Position numbers and translations under genes: made by a program
NCBI GenBank assembly: GCA_046290465.1
Contig: JBKAGP010000001.1
Location: 3,136,001-3,200,000 of the forward strand
From: Planctomycetota bacterium
Lineage (GTDB): Bacteria > Planctomycetota > UBA1135 > UBA2386
Reading direction: 5' to 3'
DNA: 64,000 nucleotides
In this document: positions 34,029-42,780 of the stretch, piece after piece
Layout of the letters: the number at the start of each line of letters is the position of its first letter
How positions within the stretch are numbered: the stretch's first letter is position 1
Notes under the pieces: generated by a model
Seen by the model: the letters and a program-made list of their open reading frames with translations, nothing else
The model's database searches: none
What the model was told of the DNA's origin: nothing

Positions 34029-35881
34029 CCGCGGCACAGGGTCTCGTCGAGGTTGAGCAGCACGATCGCGATGCGCGACCACGCCACGTCGGCGGGTTCT
34101 CGCTGCCACGCAGCCTGCAGCAGTTCCAGTTCGCGCGGCGACGGGCGCCGCGACGTGCACAGCCGAAAGCCGAACGACAGCTTCTCGGCGGTGTCGCCGT
34201 CGCGACCGAGCATGCGTCCGGCCAGCGCCTCGGCGGCGGCGATCGCGGTCGGGTCGTTGAGCCCGACCAGCGCCTGCAGCGGCGTGTTGCTGCGTTCGCG
34301 CCGCACCTGGCACATCTCGCGGGTCGACGCGTCGAACGCGGCGAACTGCACGAACGGCGCCGTACGCCGCCAGAACGTGTAGACACCGCGGCGCCACTTG
34401 TCGTCGCCCTTGCTGGTCGGCCAGCGCATGTTGACCTTGTTCATCGGCACGACGCCGCTGGTGTCGGCCTGCACCGGGTAGACGCTCGGGCCGCCGAGCT
34501 TGCGCGACAGCAGCCCGGCCGCGACCAGCCAGGTGTCGCGCACGCGCTCGGCGTCGAGCCGGTAGCGGGTGCCGCGCGCGTAGTACTGGTTGTCGGGATC
34601 CCTGCGCAGCTGGTCCGCGTCGGCGCGGCTGCTGCGCCGGTAGGCGTCCGACATCACGATCGTCTTGACCAGCCGCTTCTGGCTCCAGTCGAGCCGCACG
34701 AACTCGGTGGCCAGCCAGTCGAGCACGTCGAGGTGCAGCGGCGCCTCGCACTGCACGCCGTAGTCCTCGGGCGTCGACACCAGCGACGAACCGAACAGCT
34801 CCATCCAGATCCGGTTGGCGGCGACCCGCGCGGTCAGCGGGTGGTCCTTCGACACGATCCAGCGCGCCAGCGCCAGCCGGTCGAGCGGCGCGTCGCCGAC
34901 CACGTCGCCGAGGTCCGGCCCGAACGCCGCCGGCACGTGCGCGCGCACCTCGGCGGCGGGGCTGTCGAACGCGCCGCGGATGCGCAGCCGCGTGACCGGC
35001 TCGGCGTCCTTCTTCTCGCGCAGCACCATCGTCTTGGCGCCATCCGCCCGCTTCAGGTCGACCTCGTCCTGGGTCTCGAAGAACGCGACCATGCCGTAGA
35101 ACTCGCGCTGCGACAGCGGGTCGTACTTGTGGTCGTGGCACTGCGCGCAGTGGAACGTGCTGCCGAGCCAGGTGGTGCCGGTCGTGCTGGCGCGGTCGAC
35201 CATGCGCTCCCAGCGGGCTTCGTTCGGATCGGCGCCACCCTCGTTGTTCAGCATCGTGTTGCGGTGGAAGCCGGTCGCAATGCGCGTCGACTCGTCGGCG
35301 TCCGGCAGCAGGTCGCCGGCCAGCTGCTCGATCGTGAAGCGATCGAACGGCATGTCGGCGTTGAGCGCTTCGATCAGCCAGTCGCGATAGGGCCAGATCG
35401 AACGACGGCCGTCGAAGTTGTAGCCGTTGGTGTCGCCGTAGCGCGCCAGGTCCAGCCACGGCACCGCCCACCGTTCGCCGTAGTGCGGCGAGGCGAGCAG
35501 GCGGTCGACCAGCCGTTCGTAGGCGTCAGCCGAACGGTCGGTCACGAAGGCGTCGAGTTCCTCGATCGTCGGCGGCAGACCGATCACGTCGAGGAACACG
35601 CGGCGCGCCAGCACGGCACGCTCGACCTCGCCGGTCGCGACCAGTCCGGCGTCGGACCACCTGGCCGCGAGGAACGCATCGATCGGCGTCGCCACCCCGT
35701 CGACCGCAGGCGGCGCGCGGCGCACGGGCGGCTGGTAGGCCCAGTGCCGGTCGATGCCTTGGCGATCGGCGCCCACATGGCTGGCGTCGCGCTGGCTGGC
35801 GTCGCGCTGGCTGACTCGGTGCTCCGCAGGATCCTGCTGCGGCAGCAACGCGGCGAGGGTGCACGCGACGAACGAGAGCAT
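34025..35881 (-). CDS. DUF1549/DUF1553 (PSD1) protein
   Basis: HWAYQPP, YGERWAVPWLDLARYGDT, CAQCHDHKYDP, PLTARV.ANR.W, NTPLQAL, LLNLDETL. Confidence 0.95.
   Translation of the reverse strand: MLSFVACTLAALLPQQDPAEHRVSQRDASQRDASHVGADRQGIDRHWAYQPPVRRAPPAVDGVATPIDAFLAARWSDAGLVATGEVERAVLARRVFLDVIGLPPTIEELDAFVTDRSADAYERLVDRLLASPHYGERWAVPWLDLARYGDTNGYNFDGRRSIWPYRDWLIEALNADMPFDRFTIEQLAGDLLPDADESTRIATGFHRNTMLNNEGGADPNEARWERMVDRASTTGTTWLGSTFHCAQCHDHKYDPLSQREFYGMVAFFETQDEVDLKRADGAKTMVLREKKDAEPVTRLRIRGAFDSPAAEVRAHVPAAFGPDLGDVVGDAPLDRLALARWIVSKDHPLTARVAANRIWMELFGSSLVSTPEDYGVQCEAPLHLDVLDWLATEFVRLDWSQKRLVKTIVMSDAYRRSSRADADQLRRDPDNQYYARGTRYRLDAERVRDTWLVAAGLLSRKLGGPSVYPVQADTSGVVPMNKVNMRWPTSKGDDKWRRGVYTFWRRTAPFVQFAAFDASTREMCQVRRERSNTPLQALVGLNDPTAIAAAEALAGRMLGRDGDTAEKLSFGFRLCTSRRPSPRELELLQAAWQREPADVAWSRIAIVLLNLDETLCRG
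35778..35813. repeat. In-frame 15-bp tandem duplication (SQRDA x2)
   Basis: TGGCTGGCGTCGCGC twice plus a partial copy. Confidence 0.75.
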
Positions 35882-35923
35882 GCCTGGATGATCGGGGCGC
35901 ACCGGCCACGATCAAGCCCCCAC

Positions 35924-36667
35924 CTACGTCGGGCTCGCCGGATCGCGTTGCCGCGGCCCGTACCAGAACGACAGGCCCTCGCGCCGGCGCACCCCGCGCC
36001 GTCCGAGCATGGCCAGGCGGAGCAGCTCGCGCAGCATCTGCCAGCCGGAGTAGGTGCGCAGCTTGCGCGACGACGTCTCGACGCGATCGCGCAGCACGAC
36101 GAAGCGGGCGCGCTGGCCGCCGATCTGGCCCGCCGCGCGCGAGAAGCGCTTCAGCGCCCGGCTGAACTCGACCTCCTCGGCGGCGTACAGTTCGCGGTCG
36201 AAGCCGCCGACCGCGGCGAACGCTTCGCGGGTCGCGAACACGAAGCAGCCGGCGGCCAGCTTCATCGTGAAGTAGGCGGTCGTCATCATCGGCGTCGCGA
36301 TGCGCGCCCAGCGCGGCATCGGCTCGTCGAACCGCACCAGCGCGCCGCCGCCGACGGCGCCGCTGGCGATCGCATCGCACAGCCCGTCGACGACGGCGCG
36401 GCTCACCCGCGTGTCGGCGTCGACGAATACGAACACGTCGCCGCGCGCCGCCTGCGCGCCTGCGTTGCGGGTCGCTGCGATCTGCCGGTGCGCGACCTCG
36501 ACCACCCGCGCCCCGTGCGCCCGCGCCAGCTCCGCCGTGCGGTCGGTGCACGCGTCGGCGACCACGACGACCTCGTAGTCGCGCCCCGCCGCGGCCTCGT
36601 GCACGGACTGCACGGTGGCGACGATGGTCGTCTCTTCGTCATGCGCAGGAACGAGGAAGGAAAGCAC
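35924..36667 (-). CDS. Glycosyltransferase family 2
   Basis: SFLVPAHDEE, VVADACTDRT, RNAGA..ARGD..VFVDAD, VGGFD. Confidence 0.92.
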   Translation of the reverse strand: MLSFLVPAHDEETTIVATVQSVHEAAAGRDYEVVVVADACTDRTAELARAHGARVVEVAHRQIAATRNAGAQAARGDVFVFVDADTRVSRAVVDGLCDAIASGAVGGGALVRFDEPMPRWARIATPMMTTAYFTMKLAAGCFVFATREAFAAVGGFDRELYAAEEVEFSRALKRFSRAAGQIGGQRARFVVLRDRVETSSRKLRTYSGWQMLRELLRLAMLGRRGVRRREGLSFWYGPRQRDPASPT

Positions 36668-36720
36668 GGCTGGGAAACCTGCCGCGATGGTAGCGCGGCG
36701 GCGGCGGATACGCTGGACGC

Positions 36721-37578
36721 ATGCGAGAGCCGTGGACTTCCCGCGCGTTCGCGTTCGACTTCCCCGTCGAGCGCATCTCCGTGTTCGTGTCGCGACTGCG
36801 CGGGACCGCCCCACGCCTGCGCGAGGCGACCCGCAGCCTGACCGCCGCGGCGCTGACGCAGCGCGACGGCGACCGCTGGTCGATCCAGGAGCACGTCGGC
36901 CACCTGTTCGAGCTCGACGGGCTGTGGCTGCGGCGGATCGACGAGCTGGCGCGCGGCGAACCGCAGCTCAGCGCCGCCGACATGAGCAACCAGGCGACCT
37001 GGGACGCCGGCTACAACGGCCGCACCTTCGACGACGTGTTCGAGGCGTTCTCGCTGCGACGCGGCGAACTGCTGGCGAAGCTGACGGCGCTCGATGCCGA
37101 CGGCCTCGGTCGCGTCGGCCTGCATCCGCGCCTGCAGACCCCGATGCGCGCGGTCGACGTCGCGTTCTTCGCGGCCGAGCACGACGACAACCACCTGGCG
37201 CTGGTCGAGGAGCTCGCACCGCGCGTTCGCACCGAGCCCGCCGCCGCCGTCTCGGCACGGTGGCAGGAGCTGCCGCACGACGCACCGATCGAACGGCTCG
37301 AGCGCCACCGCGTCGTCGGCCGCGAAGCGATGATCTCGCACATCACGCTGCACGAGGGCTGCGACGTGCCGGTGCACGCCCACGCCAACGAGCAGTTCGC
37401 GTGCGTGCTGTCGGGCAAGGTGGCGTTCACGCTCGCCGACGGCGAACAGCGCGTGCTCGGCGCCGGCGAGGTCCTGCACCTGCCGAGCTTCGCGCCGCAC
37501 GGCGCGCGCGCGATCGAAACGGCGGTCGTGCTCGACGTGTTCTCACCGCCGAGCGAGTCGACCGGCATCGATCGATAG
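36721..37578 (+). CDS. DinB-like domain fused to a cupin domain
   Basis: WSIQEHVGHL..AEHDDNHL (DinB His pattern); HAHANEQ..HG (cupin). Confidence 0.85.
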   Translation: MREPWTSRAFAFDFPVERISVFVSRLRGTAPRLREATRSLTAAALTQRDGDRWSIQEHVGHLFELDGLWLRRIDELARGEPQLSAADMSNQATWDAGYNGRTFDDVFEAFSLRRGELLAKLTALDADGLGRVGLHPRLQTPMRAVDVAFFAAEHDDNHLALVEELAPRVRTEPAAAVSARWQELPHDAPIERLERHRVVGREAMISHITLHEGCDVPVHAHANEQFACVLSGKVAFTLADGEQRVLGAGEVLHLPSFAPHGARAIETAVVLDVFSPPSESTGIDR

Positions 37579-37631
37579 CTTTCGTGCGGCCGGTCGTTGC
37601 CCGGCACCACCAACCCCGAGAACCTGTGCGC

Positions 37632-38165
37632 GTGCCGTTCACCTACGAATACCCCCGTCCCGCGGTCACCGTCGACACGGTGCTCGCGACCGTCGGCGAA
37701 CGCGGCGACCTGCGCGTGCTGCTGATCCAGCGCGGCAACGACCCGTTCGCGGGCCGCTGGGCCCTGCCCGGCGGCTTCGTCGACCAGCACGAGGACCTGC
37801 TGGTCGCCGCCCGCCGCGAGATGCTCGAGGAGACCCGACTGAAGCTCGGGGCGATGGTCCAGCTCGGCGCCTACGGCACGCCCCACCGCGACCCGCGCGG
37901 CCACACCGTCGGCGTCGCGTTCCTCGCGATCTGCGGGCCGGACGAGCTCGAACCGCAGGCCGGCGACGACGCCGCCGACTGCCGCTGGTTCTCGGCGCGG
38001 CGGCCGCCGAAGCTCGCGTTCGACCACGGCGAGATCCTGCGCGACGCGCGCACGACGTTCGCACGGCTGGCGGCGAGCAAGCAGGAGTTCACCCGCACGT
38101 TCGCCGGCAGACGGCGGCCGACCTGGATCGAGAAGGTGCGTCGCGCCGCGCGAGGGACCGCATGA
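37632..38165 (+). CDS. NUDIX hydrolase
   Basis: YEYPRPAVTVD, WALPGGFV..AARREMLEET Nudix box, RDPRG, AGDDA, LAFDH. Confidence 0.93.
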   Translation: MPFTYEYPRPAVTVDTVLATVGERGDLRVLLIQRGNDPFAGRWALPGGFVDQHEDLLVAARREMLEETRLKLGAMVQLGAYGTPHRDPRGHTVGVAFLAICGPDELEPQAGDDAADCRWFSARRPPKLAFDHGEILRDARTTFARLAASKQEFTRTFAGRRRPTWIEKVRRAARGTA

Positions 38166-39211
38166 GCGCCGCCTCCGACAACGAACGCACCGACTTCGCC
38201 GCGGCGATGCACGAGGTCGAGAACAACCTCGAGGTGCGCCGGCTGATGCTGGTGCTGGCCAACGTGCTGACGCCCGCGTGCGTGATGGCGGTGACCGACG
38301 CGATGTCGGGCGCCGACCCGACGCCGTCGCTGGCGTGGCTGCCGCCGCTGGCGATGCCGATCTGCGGCAGCCTGCTGCTGGCGACCGGGTTCCTGGTCAC
38401 GGGCGTCGTCTCGCGCTGCCACTTCGGCCTGGTGCTGAACGGCGTCAAGATGAACAAGGTCGAGACCGGCCGGCTCGAACTGCGGCCGCTCAACTGGCTC
38501 GGCGTCACCACCAACTTCCTGCTGCTCAACGCGCTGTCGGCGGCGCTCGGCGCGCTGATGCTGATGACGAGCTTCGGCCTCGAGAGCTGGGCGTGGGCCG
38601 GAGCCGGCGCGACGTTCTCGACCGTGATGGGATGGCTGCCGGTCAGCCACCTGCGCGCCAATCGCCGCTGCCGCGAGCTCGACCAGCACTGGGAGCACGC
38701 CGAGATCCCGACCGAACTGCGCATCGAACACCGCCGCAAGTCGCTCGACGCGACGACCGCCGACATCTCGGTGGTCGTGGTGATGGCGGTGGCGCTGTTC
38801 GCCGGCGTGTTCAACGCCTTGACCAACCTCGGCGCGATCCCGGACAGCCTGTTGGTGACGCCGCCGCCCGCGACGCTGAAGGGCTTCGGGCCGGCGGTGC
38901 TGACCACGTTCGTGCTGGTCTCGCTGCTACTGTCGTGCCGGATCCTGGTCCGCCTGCGGCTGGCCTTCGGCGAACACAGCCGCAAGCTCGCCGGGCTGCG
39001 CGGTGAGACCGACCGGACCGCGATGGTCTGGCGACCGCAGGAACGTTCGTATCTGCTCTACGCGATCGTGTTGGCGCTCGCGGTCGCCGCCGCCGTGATG
39101 CTCGGCTGGGAACGCGTCGGTCGCACCGTCGGCCTGATCGCAGGCGGCGCCCTGCTGCTCGCCGGCGCGATCTGGTATCCCATCGTCCTGCGCCTGGCCC
39201 GGCGGCCGTAG
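38162..39211 (+). CDS. Hypothetical multi-pass membrane protein
   Basis: About 8 hydrophobic segments; ATGA overlap with the NUDIX gene. Confidence 0.75.
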   Translation: MSAASDNERTDFAAAMHEVENNLEVRRLMLVLANVLTPACVMAVTDAMSGADPTPSLAWLPPLAMPICGSLLLATGFLVTGVVSRCHFGLVLNGVKMNKVETGRLELRPLNWLGVTTNFLLLNALSAALGALMLMTSFGLESWAWAGAGATFSTVMGWLPVSHLRANRRCRELDQHWEHAEIPTELRIEHRRKSLDATTADISVVVVMAVALFAGVFNALTNLGAIPDSLLVTPPPATLKGFGPAVLTTFVLVSLLLSCRILVRLRLAFGEHSRKLAGLRGETDRTAMVWRPQERSYLLYAIVLALAVAAAVMLGWERVGRTVGLIAGGALLLAGAIWYPIVLRLARRP

Positions 39212-39250
39212 CGCATCCACCCTGTCCGAACCGACGAACCGACCGCGACC

Positions 39251-39886
39251 ATGAAGACCCCCACGATCCTGCTGTTCTCCTCCCTGCTGGCCTTCGCCGC
39301 GTGCACCTCCGAGCCTGCGAAGGCCAACGTCGACGAGGCCGGCGGCCAGGCGGCTGCGCCGCAAGGTGGTCAGGCCCAAGGTGAGGAAACGCAGGGCGGC
39401 GAGACCGCAGCCGGCGGCATCTACGCGCTCGAGGCGACCACGCTCGACGGCAAGAAGGTGTCGATGGCCGACTACGAGGGCAAGGTCACGCTGATCGTGA
39501 ACGTCGCCAGCGAGTGCGGCTACACGCCGCAGTATGCCGGCCTGCAGAAGCTGCACAGTGAGATGGCCGACAAGGGCTTCGCCGTGCTCGGCTTCCCGAG
39601 CAACGAGTTCGGCGGCCAGGAGCCTGGCACGGCCGAGCAGATCCGCGAGTTCTGCACCAGCAAGTACAGCGTCGCGTTCCCGATGTTCGCCAAGGTCGAG
39701 ACCAAGTCGGGCGACGGCCAGAGCCCGATCTACGCGGCGCTGCAGAAGGCGACCGGCAAGCAGCCGAAGTGGAACTTCTGCAAGTATCTGGTCGGCAAGG
39801 ACGGCACGCCGATCGCGTTCTACGCGTCGGGCGTCAAGCCGGAGTCCGACGAGCTGAAGAAGGCGATCGCGGCGGCGCTGGACTAG
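39251..39886 (+). CDS. Glutathione peroxidase family lipoprotein (Cys form)
   Basis: Lipobox FAAC; VNVASECG (TGC codon), FPSNEFGGQEPG, WNF. Confidence 0.95.
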   Translation: MKTPTILLFSSLLAFAACTSEPAKANVDEAGGQAAAPQGGQAQGEETQGGETAAGGIYALEATTLDGKKVSMADYEGKVTLIVNVASECGYTPQYAGLQKLHSEMADKGFAVLGFPSNEFGGQEPGTAEQIREFCTSKYSVAFPMFAKVETKSGDGQSPIYAALQKATGKQPKWNFCKYLVGKDGTPIAFYASGVKPESDELKKAIAAALD

Positions 39887-39911
39887 GTTCGCCGCGGGCG
39901 GCGCGCCGGCA

Positions 39912-40106
39912 TCAGGCGCGCACGTCGACGAGCCCGCCCTTGCCGGGCTCGCGCACAGCAGGCGCCACCCCGCTGCTCTGGATCAGCGAGACCGCGGCCT
40001 CGCCCTCGGCCTTCTGCTGGTTCTGGAGCTTCTTCAGCATGCCGACGTCCATGTCGTGCCGCATCTGCTGCGCCTTCTGCGCGGTCGCGAGCTCGCTGAG
40101 TTCCAT
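39912..40106 (-). CDS. YjfB-family small protein
   Basis: 64 aa: ..DVGMLKK..QQKAEGEAAVSLIQS..GKGGLVDVRA. Confidence 0.75.
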   Translation of the reverse strand: MELSELATAQKAQQMRHDMDVGMLKKLQNQQKAEGEAAVSLIQSSGVAPAVREPGKGGLVDVRA

Positions 40107-40171
40107 GCGCGTCGCATCGTCGCCGACCGTGACGCGGCTGAACGGAGCGATCGCAGGCGCGTTGGCACCGG

Positions 40172-40227
40172 TCGCTTGACGCCGATCGCTTGACGCCGAT
40201 CGCTTGACGCCGGGCGCTTGGCGGCGG
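40172..40227. repeat. Intergenic 14-bp tandem repeat
   Basis: TCGCTTGACGCCGA twice, TCGCTTGACGCCGG, then a degenerate fourth copy. Confidence 0.85.
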
Positions 40228-40252
40228 CGCGCCGCGATGGTCTGATCGCGCC

Positions 40253-41143
40253 GTGCCGACCCACACCACGCGCGTTCCGGTTCCCGAGCCGTTCGACTGG
40301 CGGCTCTGCCTGCAGGGCCACGGCTGGATCGCGCTCGCGCCGCATCGCTACGACGAGGCAACCGGCCGCTGGCACACGGTGCTGCGGCTCGGTGCCGCGA
40401 GCGTCGACTGCGTCGTGCGTCCAGGACGCGACGGCACGCTGCGACTGGGCCTGACGGCGCGGCGGCCGCTGTCGCCGGCCCAACTCGCCAGCGCGCGCGC
40501 GCAGGTGCGCCACATGATGCGCCTCGACGACGACCTGACGCCGTTCCATCGACAGTGCCGCAGCGAGCCGAAGCGCCGCTGGATCAGCAGGCGCGGCGGC
40601 GGCCGCCTGCTGCGTTCGCCGACGGCGTTCGAGGACCTGATGAAGCTGCTGTTCACGACCAACGTGACGTGGTCGGCGACCGAGGCGATGACCGGCAACC
40701 TGGTGGCGGCGATCGGCACCCGGGCACCGAGCGGCGCGCGTGCGTTCCCGACGGCGAAGCAGTGCCTGCGCGACGAGACGTTCTATCGGGACGTGGTCCG
40801 CTGCGGCTACCGGGCCCAGGCGGCGCTCGAACTGGCCGAGGCGTTCGTCACCGGGCGACTCGACGACGCGATGTTCTTCGCCGAGCCGTCGGCGGACGTG
40901 CTGTGGGATCGCATCTGCGCCCTGCGCGGGTTCGGCCCGTATGCCGCGGGCCAGATGATGCGGCTCTGCGGCCACTACCAGCGGCTCGCGATCGACAGCT
41001 GGTGCCGCGCGCGCCTCGCCGCCCTCGACGGCACCAGGAGCCCGCCGACCGACCGCGCCATCGAGCGCCGCTACGCCCCGCTCGCGCCGTTCCAGGGCCT
41101 CGCGATGTGGTGCGACCTGACCGCCGACTGGCACGGAGAGTAG
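40253..41143 (+). CDS. HhH-GPD DNA glycosylase (AlkA/OGG-like)
   Basis: RLLRSPTAFEDL, FPT, GYRA, ALRGFGPYAA (HhH), IDSW. Confidence 0.85.
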   Translation: MPTHTTRVPVPEPFDWRLCLQGHGWIALAPHRYDEATGRWHTVLRLGAASVDCVVRPGRDGTLRLGLTARRPLSPAQLASARAQVRHMMRLDDDLTPFHRQCRSEPKRRWISRRGGGRLLRSPTAFEDLMKLLFTTNVTWSATEAMTGNLVAAIGTRAPSGARAFPTAKQCLRDETFYRDVVRCGYRAQAALELAEAFVTGRLDDAMFFAEPSADVLWDRICALRGFGPYAAGQMMRLCGHYQRLAIDSWCRARLAALDGTRSPPTDRAIERRYAPLAPFQGLAMWCDLTADWHGE

Positions 41144-41168
41144 CCGAACGGTCACGCGGTTCAGCAAG

Positions 41169-41960
41169 TCAGATGGTGAGTTGGCCGCGGAAGACGGTGA
41201 CGGCGCGGCCGCGGAGCAGGACGCGGTCGTCGGCGAGTTCGACCTCGAGTTCGCCGCCGCGGGGTGAGGCCTGGTAGGCCTTCATGCGGGTCTTGCCGAG
41301 CTTGTCGGACCAGTACGGCGCGAGCGCGCAGTGGGCCGAGCCGGTGACCGGATCCTCGGGCACGCCGACCGCCGGGCCGAAGAAGCGGCTGACGAAGTCG
41401 TAGCGGGCGTCGGCGCGGGCGGTCACGATCACGCCGCGCACCTTGACCTTGGCGAGCGCGACCAGGTCCGGCTCGAGCTTGCGCAACGCGGCCTCGCTGC
41501 GCACCTCGACGACGACGTCGTCGGCGACCTTGACCATCGCGAGCGGCTTGACGCCGAGCGCCTTGGCGATCGCCGCGGCCGGCTTGCCGCGCAGCGCCGG
41601 CCGCGCCGGGAAGTCGAGTTCGATGCGGTCGCCGCAGAGGCCCGCGGTCAACACGCCGCTGCGGGTCTGGAAGCGCAGCCCGGCCTGCGCCGGCGCGATG
41701 CCCTCGCTCCACAGCACGTGCGCGGTCGCCAGCGTGGCGTGGCCGCACAGGTCGACCTCGCACGCCGGCGTGAACCAGCGCAGCCGGAAGCCGGTCTTCA
41801 GCGGCGCGACGAACGCGGTCTCCGACAGGTTCATCTCGCGCGCGACGTCCTGCATCCACTTCGCCGAACGGCCCTTGTCGAGCAGGCAGACCGCGGCGGG
41901 GTTGCCGCGGAACGCACGGCTGGTGAACGCATCGACCTGGAAGCACGGAGTCGTCGGCAT
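41169..41960 (-). CDS. PhzF family epimerase/isomerase
   Basis: VDAFT..GNPAAV, EMNLSETAF, EVDLCGHAT, EDPVTGSAH. Confidence 0.95.
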   Translation of the reverse strand: MPTTPCFQVDAFTSRAFRGNPAAVCLLDKGRSAKWMQDVAREMNLSETAFVAPLKTGFRLRWFTPACEVDLCGHATLATAHVLWSEGIAPAQAGLRFQTRSGVLTAGLCGDRIELDFPARPALRGKPAAAIAKALGVKPLAMVKVADDVVVEVRSEAALRKLEPDLVALAKVKVRGVIVTARADARYDFVSRFFGPAVGVPEDPVTGSAHCALAPYWSDKLGKTRMKAYQASPRGGELEVELADDRVLLRGRAVTVFRGQLTI

Positions 41961-42098
41961 GCGGCGTTTCTATCACGCGGCCGCCGATGGCCGGTGCGGG
42001 GAGTCGGGAGTTCGCAGCAGAAGTCGGCGCGACGATCGGCGCCGGCGGACATCGACTTTCCGTGCGATCTGCCGACCCCGCCCACTAGCATCCGCCCC

Positions 42099-42659
42099 GT
42101 GCGCTGCTTCGTCGCCTTCGATCTCCCACGCCCGGTCCGCAACCACCTCGGCAAGGTCGTCGCGCCGTTGCGGGAGCGCTACGACATCCGCTGGGTGCCG
42201 ACCGACCAGATGCACGTGACGGTGCTGTTCGCCGGCGAACTGACCCACGACGGCGTCGACGCGCTGTGCGAACAGGTCGAACGCTGCGACGTGCCGACGA
42301 TCTCGCTGGTGCTGCAGCCGTTCGGTGTGTTCCCGCCGAAGGGCATCCCGCGCATCGTCTGGGCGGGCCTCGGTGGCGACGTCGACGCGCTGCGCACAGC
42401 CAAGGAGCACTTCGAGGCGGTCGCCGAGCCGTTCGGCGTGCCGCGCGAGAAGCGGGCCTTCACGCCGCACGTCACGCTCGGCCGCGTCAAGAGCCAGTTC
42501 GGCGTGCTGGCGCTGATCGACCAGCTGGCGGAGCGCTCCGACGACCTGAAGGACAAGCCGTTCGAGGTGCCGAGCCTGTCGCTCTACGAGAGCCGGCTGA
42601 CGCCGAAGGGCCCGCAGTACGACGTCGTCGTGCGGCGCCCGCTAGGCGGCACGTTCTGA
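42099..42659 (+). CDS. thpR: RNA 2',3'-cyclic phosphodiesterase (2H family)
   Basis: RCFVAFD, HVT..F.G, R.VWAG, FTPHVTLGR, ESRLTPKGPQY. Confidence 0.9.
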   Translation: MRCFVAFDLPRPVRNHLGKVVAPLRERYDIRWVPTDQMHVTVLFAGELTHDGVDALCEQVERCDVPTISLVLQPFGVFPPKGIPRIVWAGLGGDVDALRTAKEHFEAVAEPFGVPREKRAFTPHVTLGRVKSQFGVLALIDQLAERSDDLKDKPFEVPSLSLYESRLTPKGPQYDVVVRRPLGGTF

Positions 42660-42677
42660 GACCGGGCGAAACGGAAC

Positions 42678-42711
42678 GGGCCCCGCGCCGGATCGCTCCA
42701 GCGCGGGGCCC
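42678..42711. terminator. Strong hairpin between convergent genes
   Basis: GGGCCCCGCGC / GCGCGGGGCCC 11-bp stem. Confidence 0.6.
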
Positions 42712-42725
42712 GCAGGGTGTCCCCG

Positions 42726-42770
42726 GTCGGGATCCCAGTCGGGATCCCAGTCGGGACGCCCGTCGAGATC
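42726..42770. repeat. Intergenic 12-bp tandem repeat
   Basis: GTCGGGATCCCA twice plus two degenerate copies. Confidence 0.75.
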
Positions 42771-42780
42771 ATCGGTCGGA

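Noticed and set aside
39251..39886. Glutathione peroxidase as a second selenoprotein
   Set aside because: The active-site codon is TGC (Cys) and there is no in-frame TGA.
40172..42770. Short repeats (14-bp and 12-bp) as CRISPR arrays
   Set aside because: The units are directly adjacent with no spacers, too short, and no cas genes are present.
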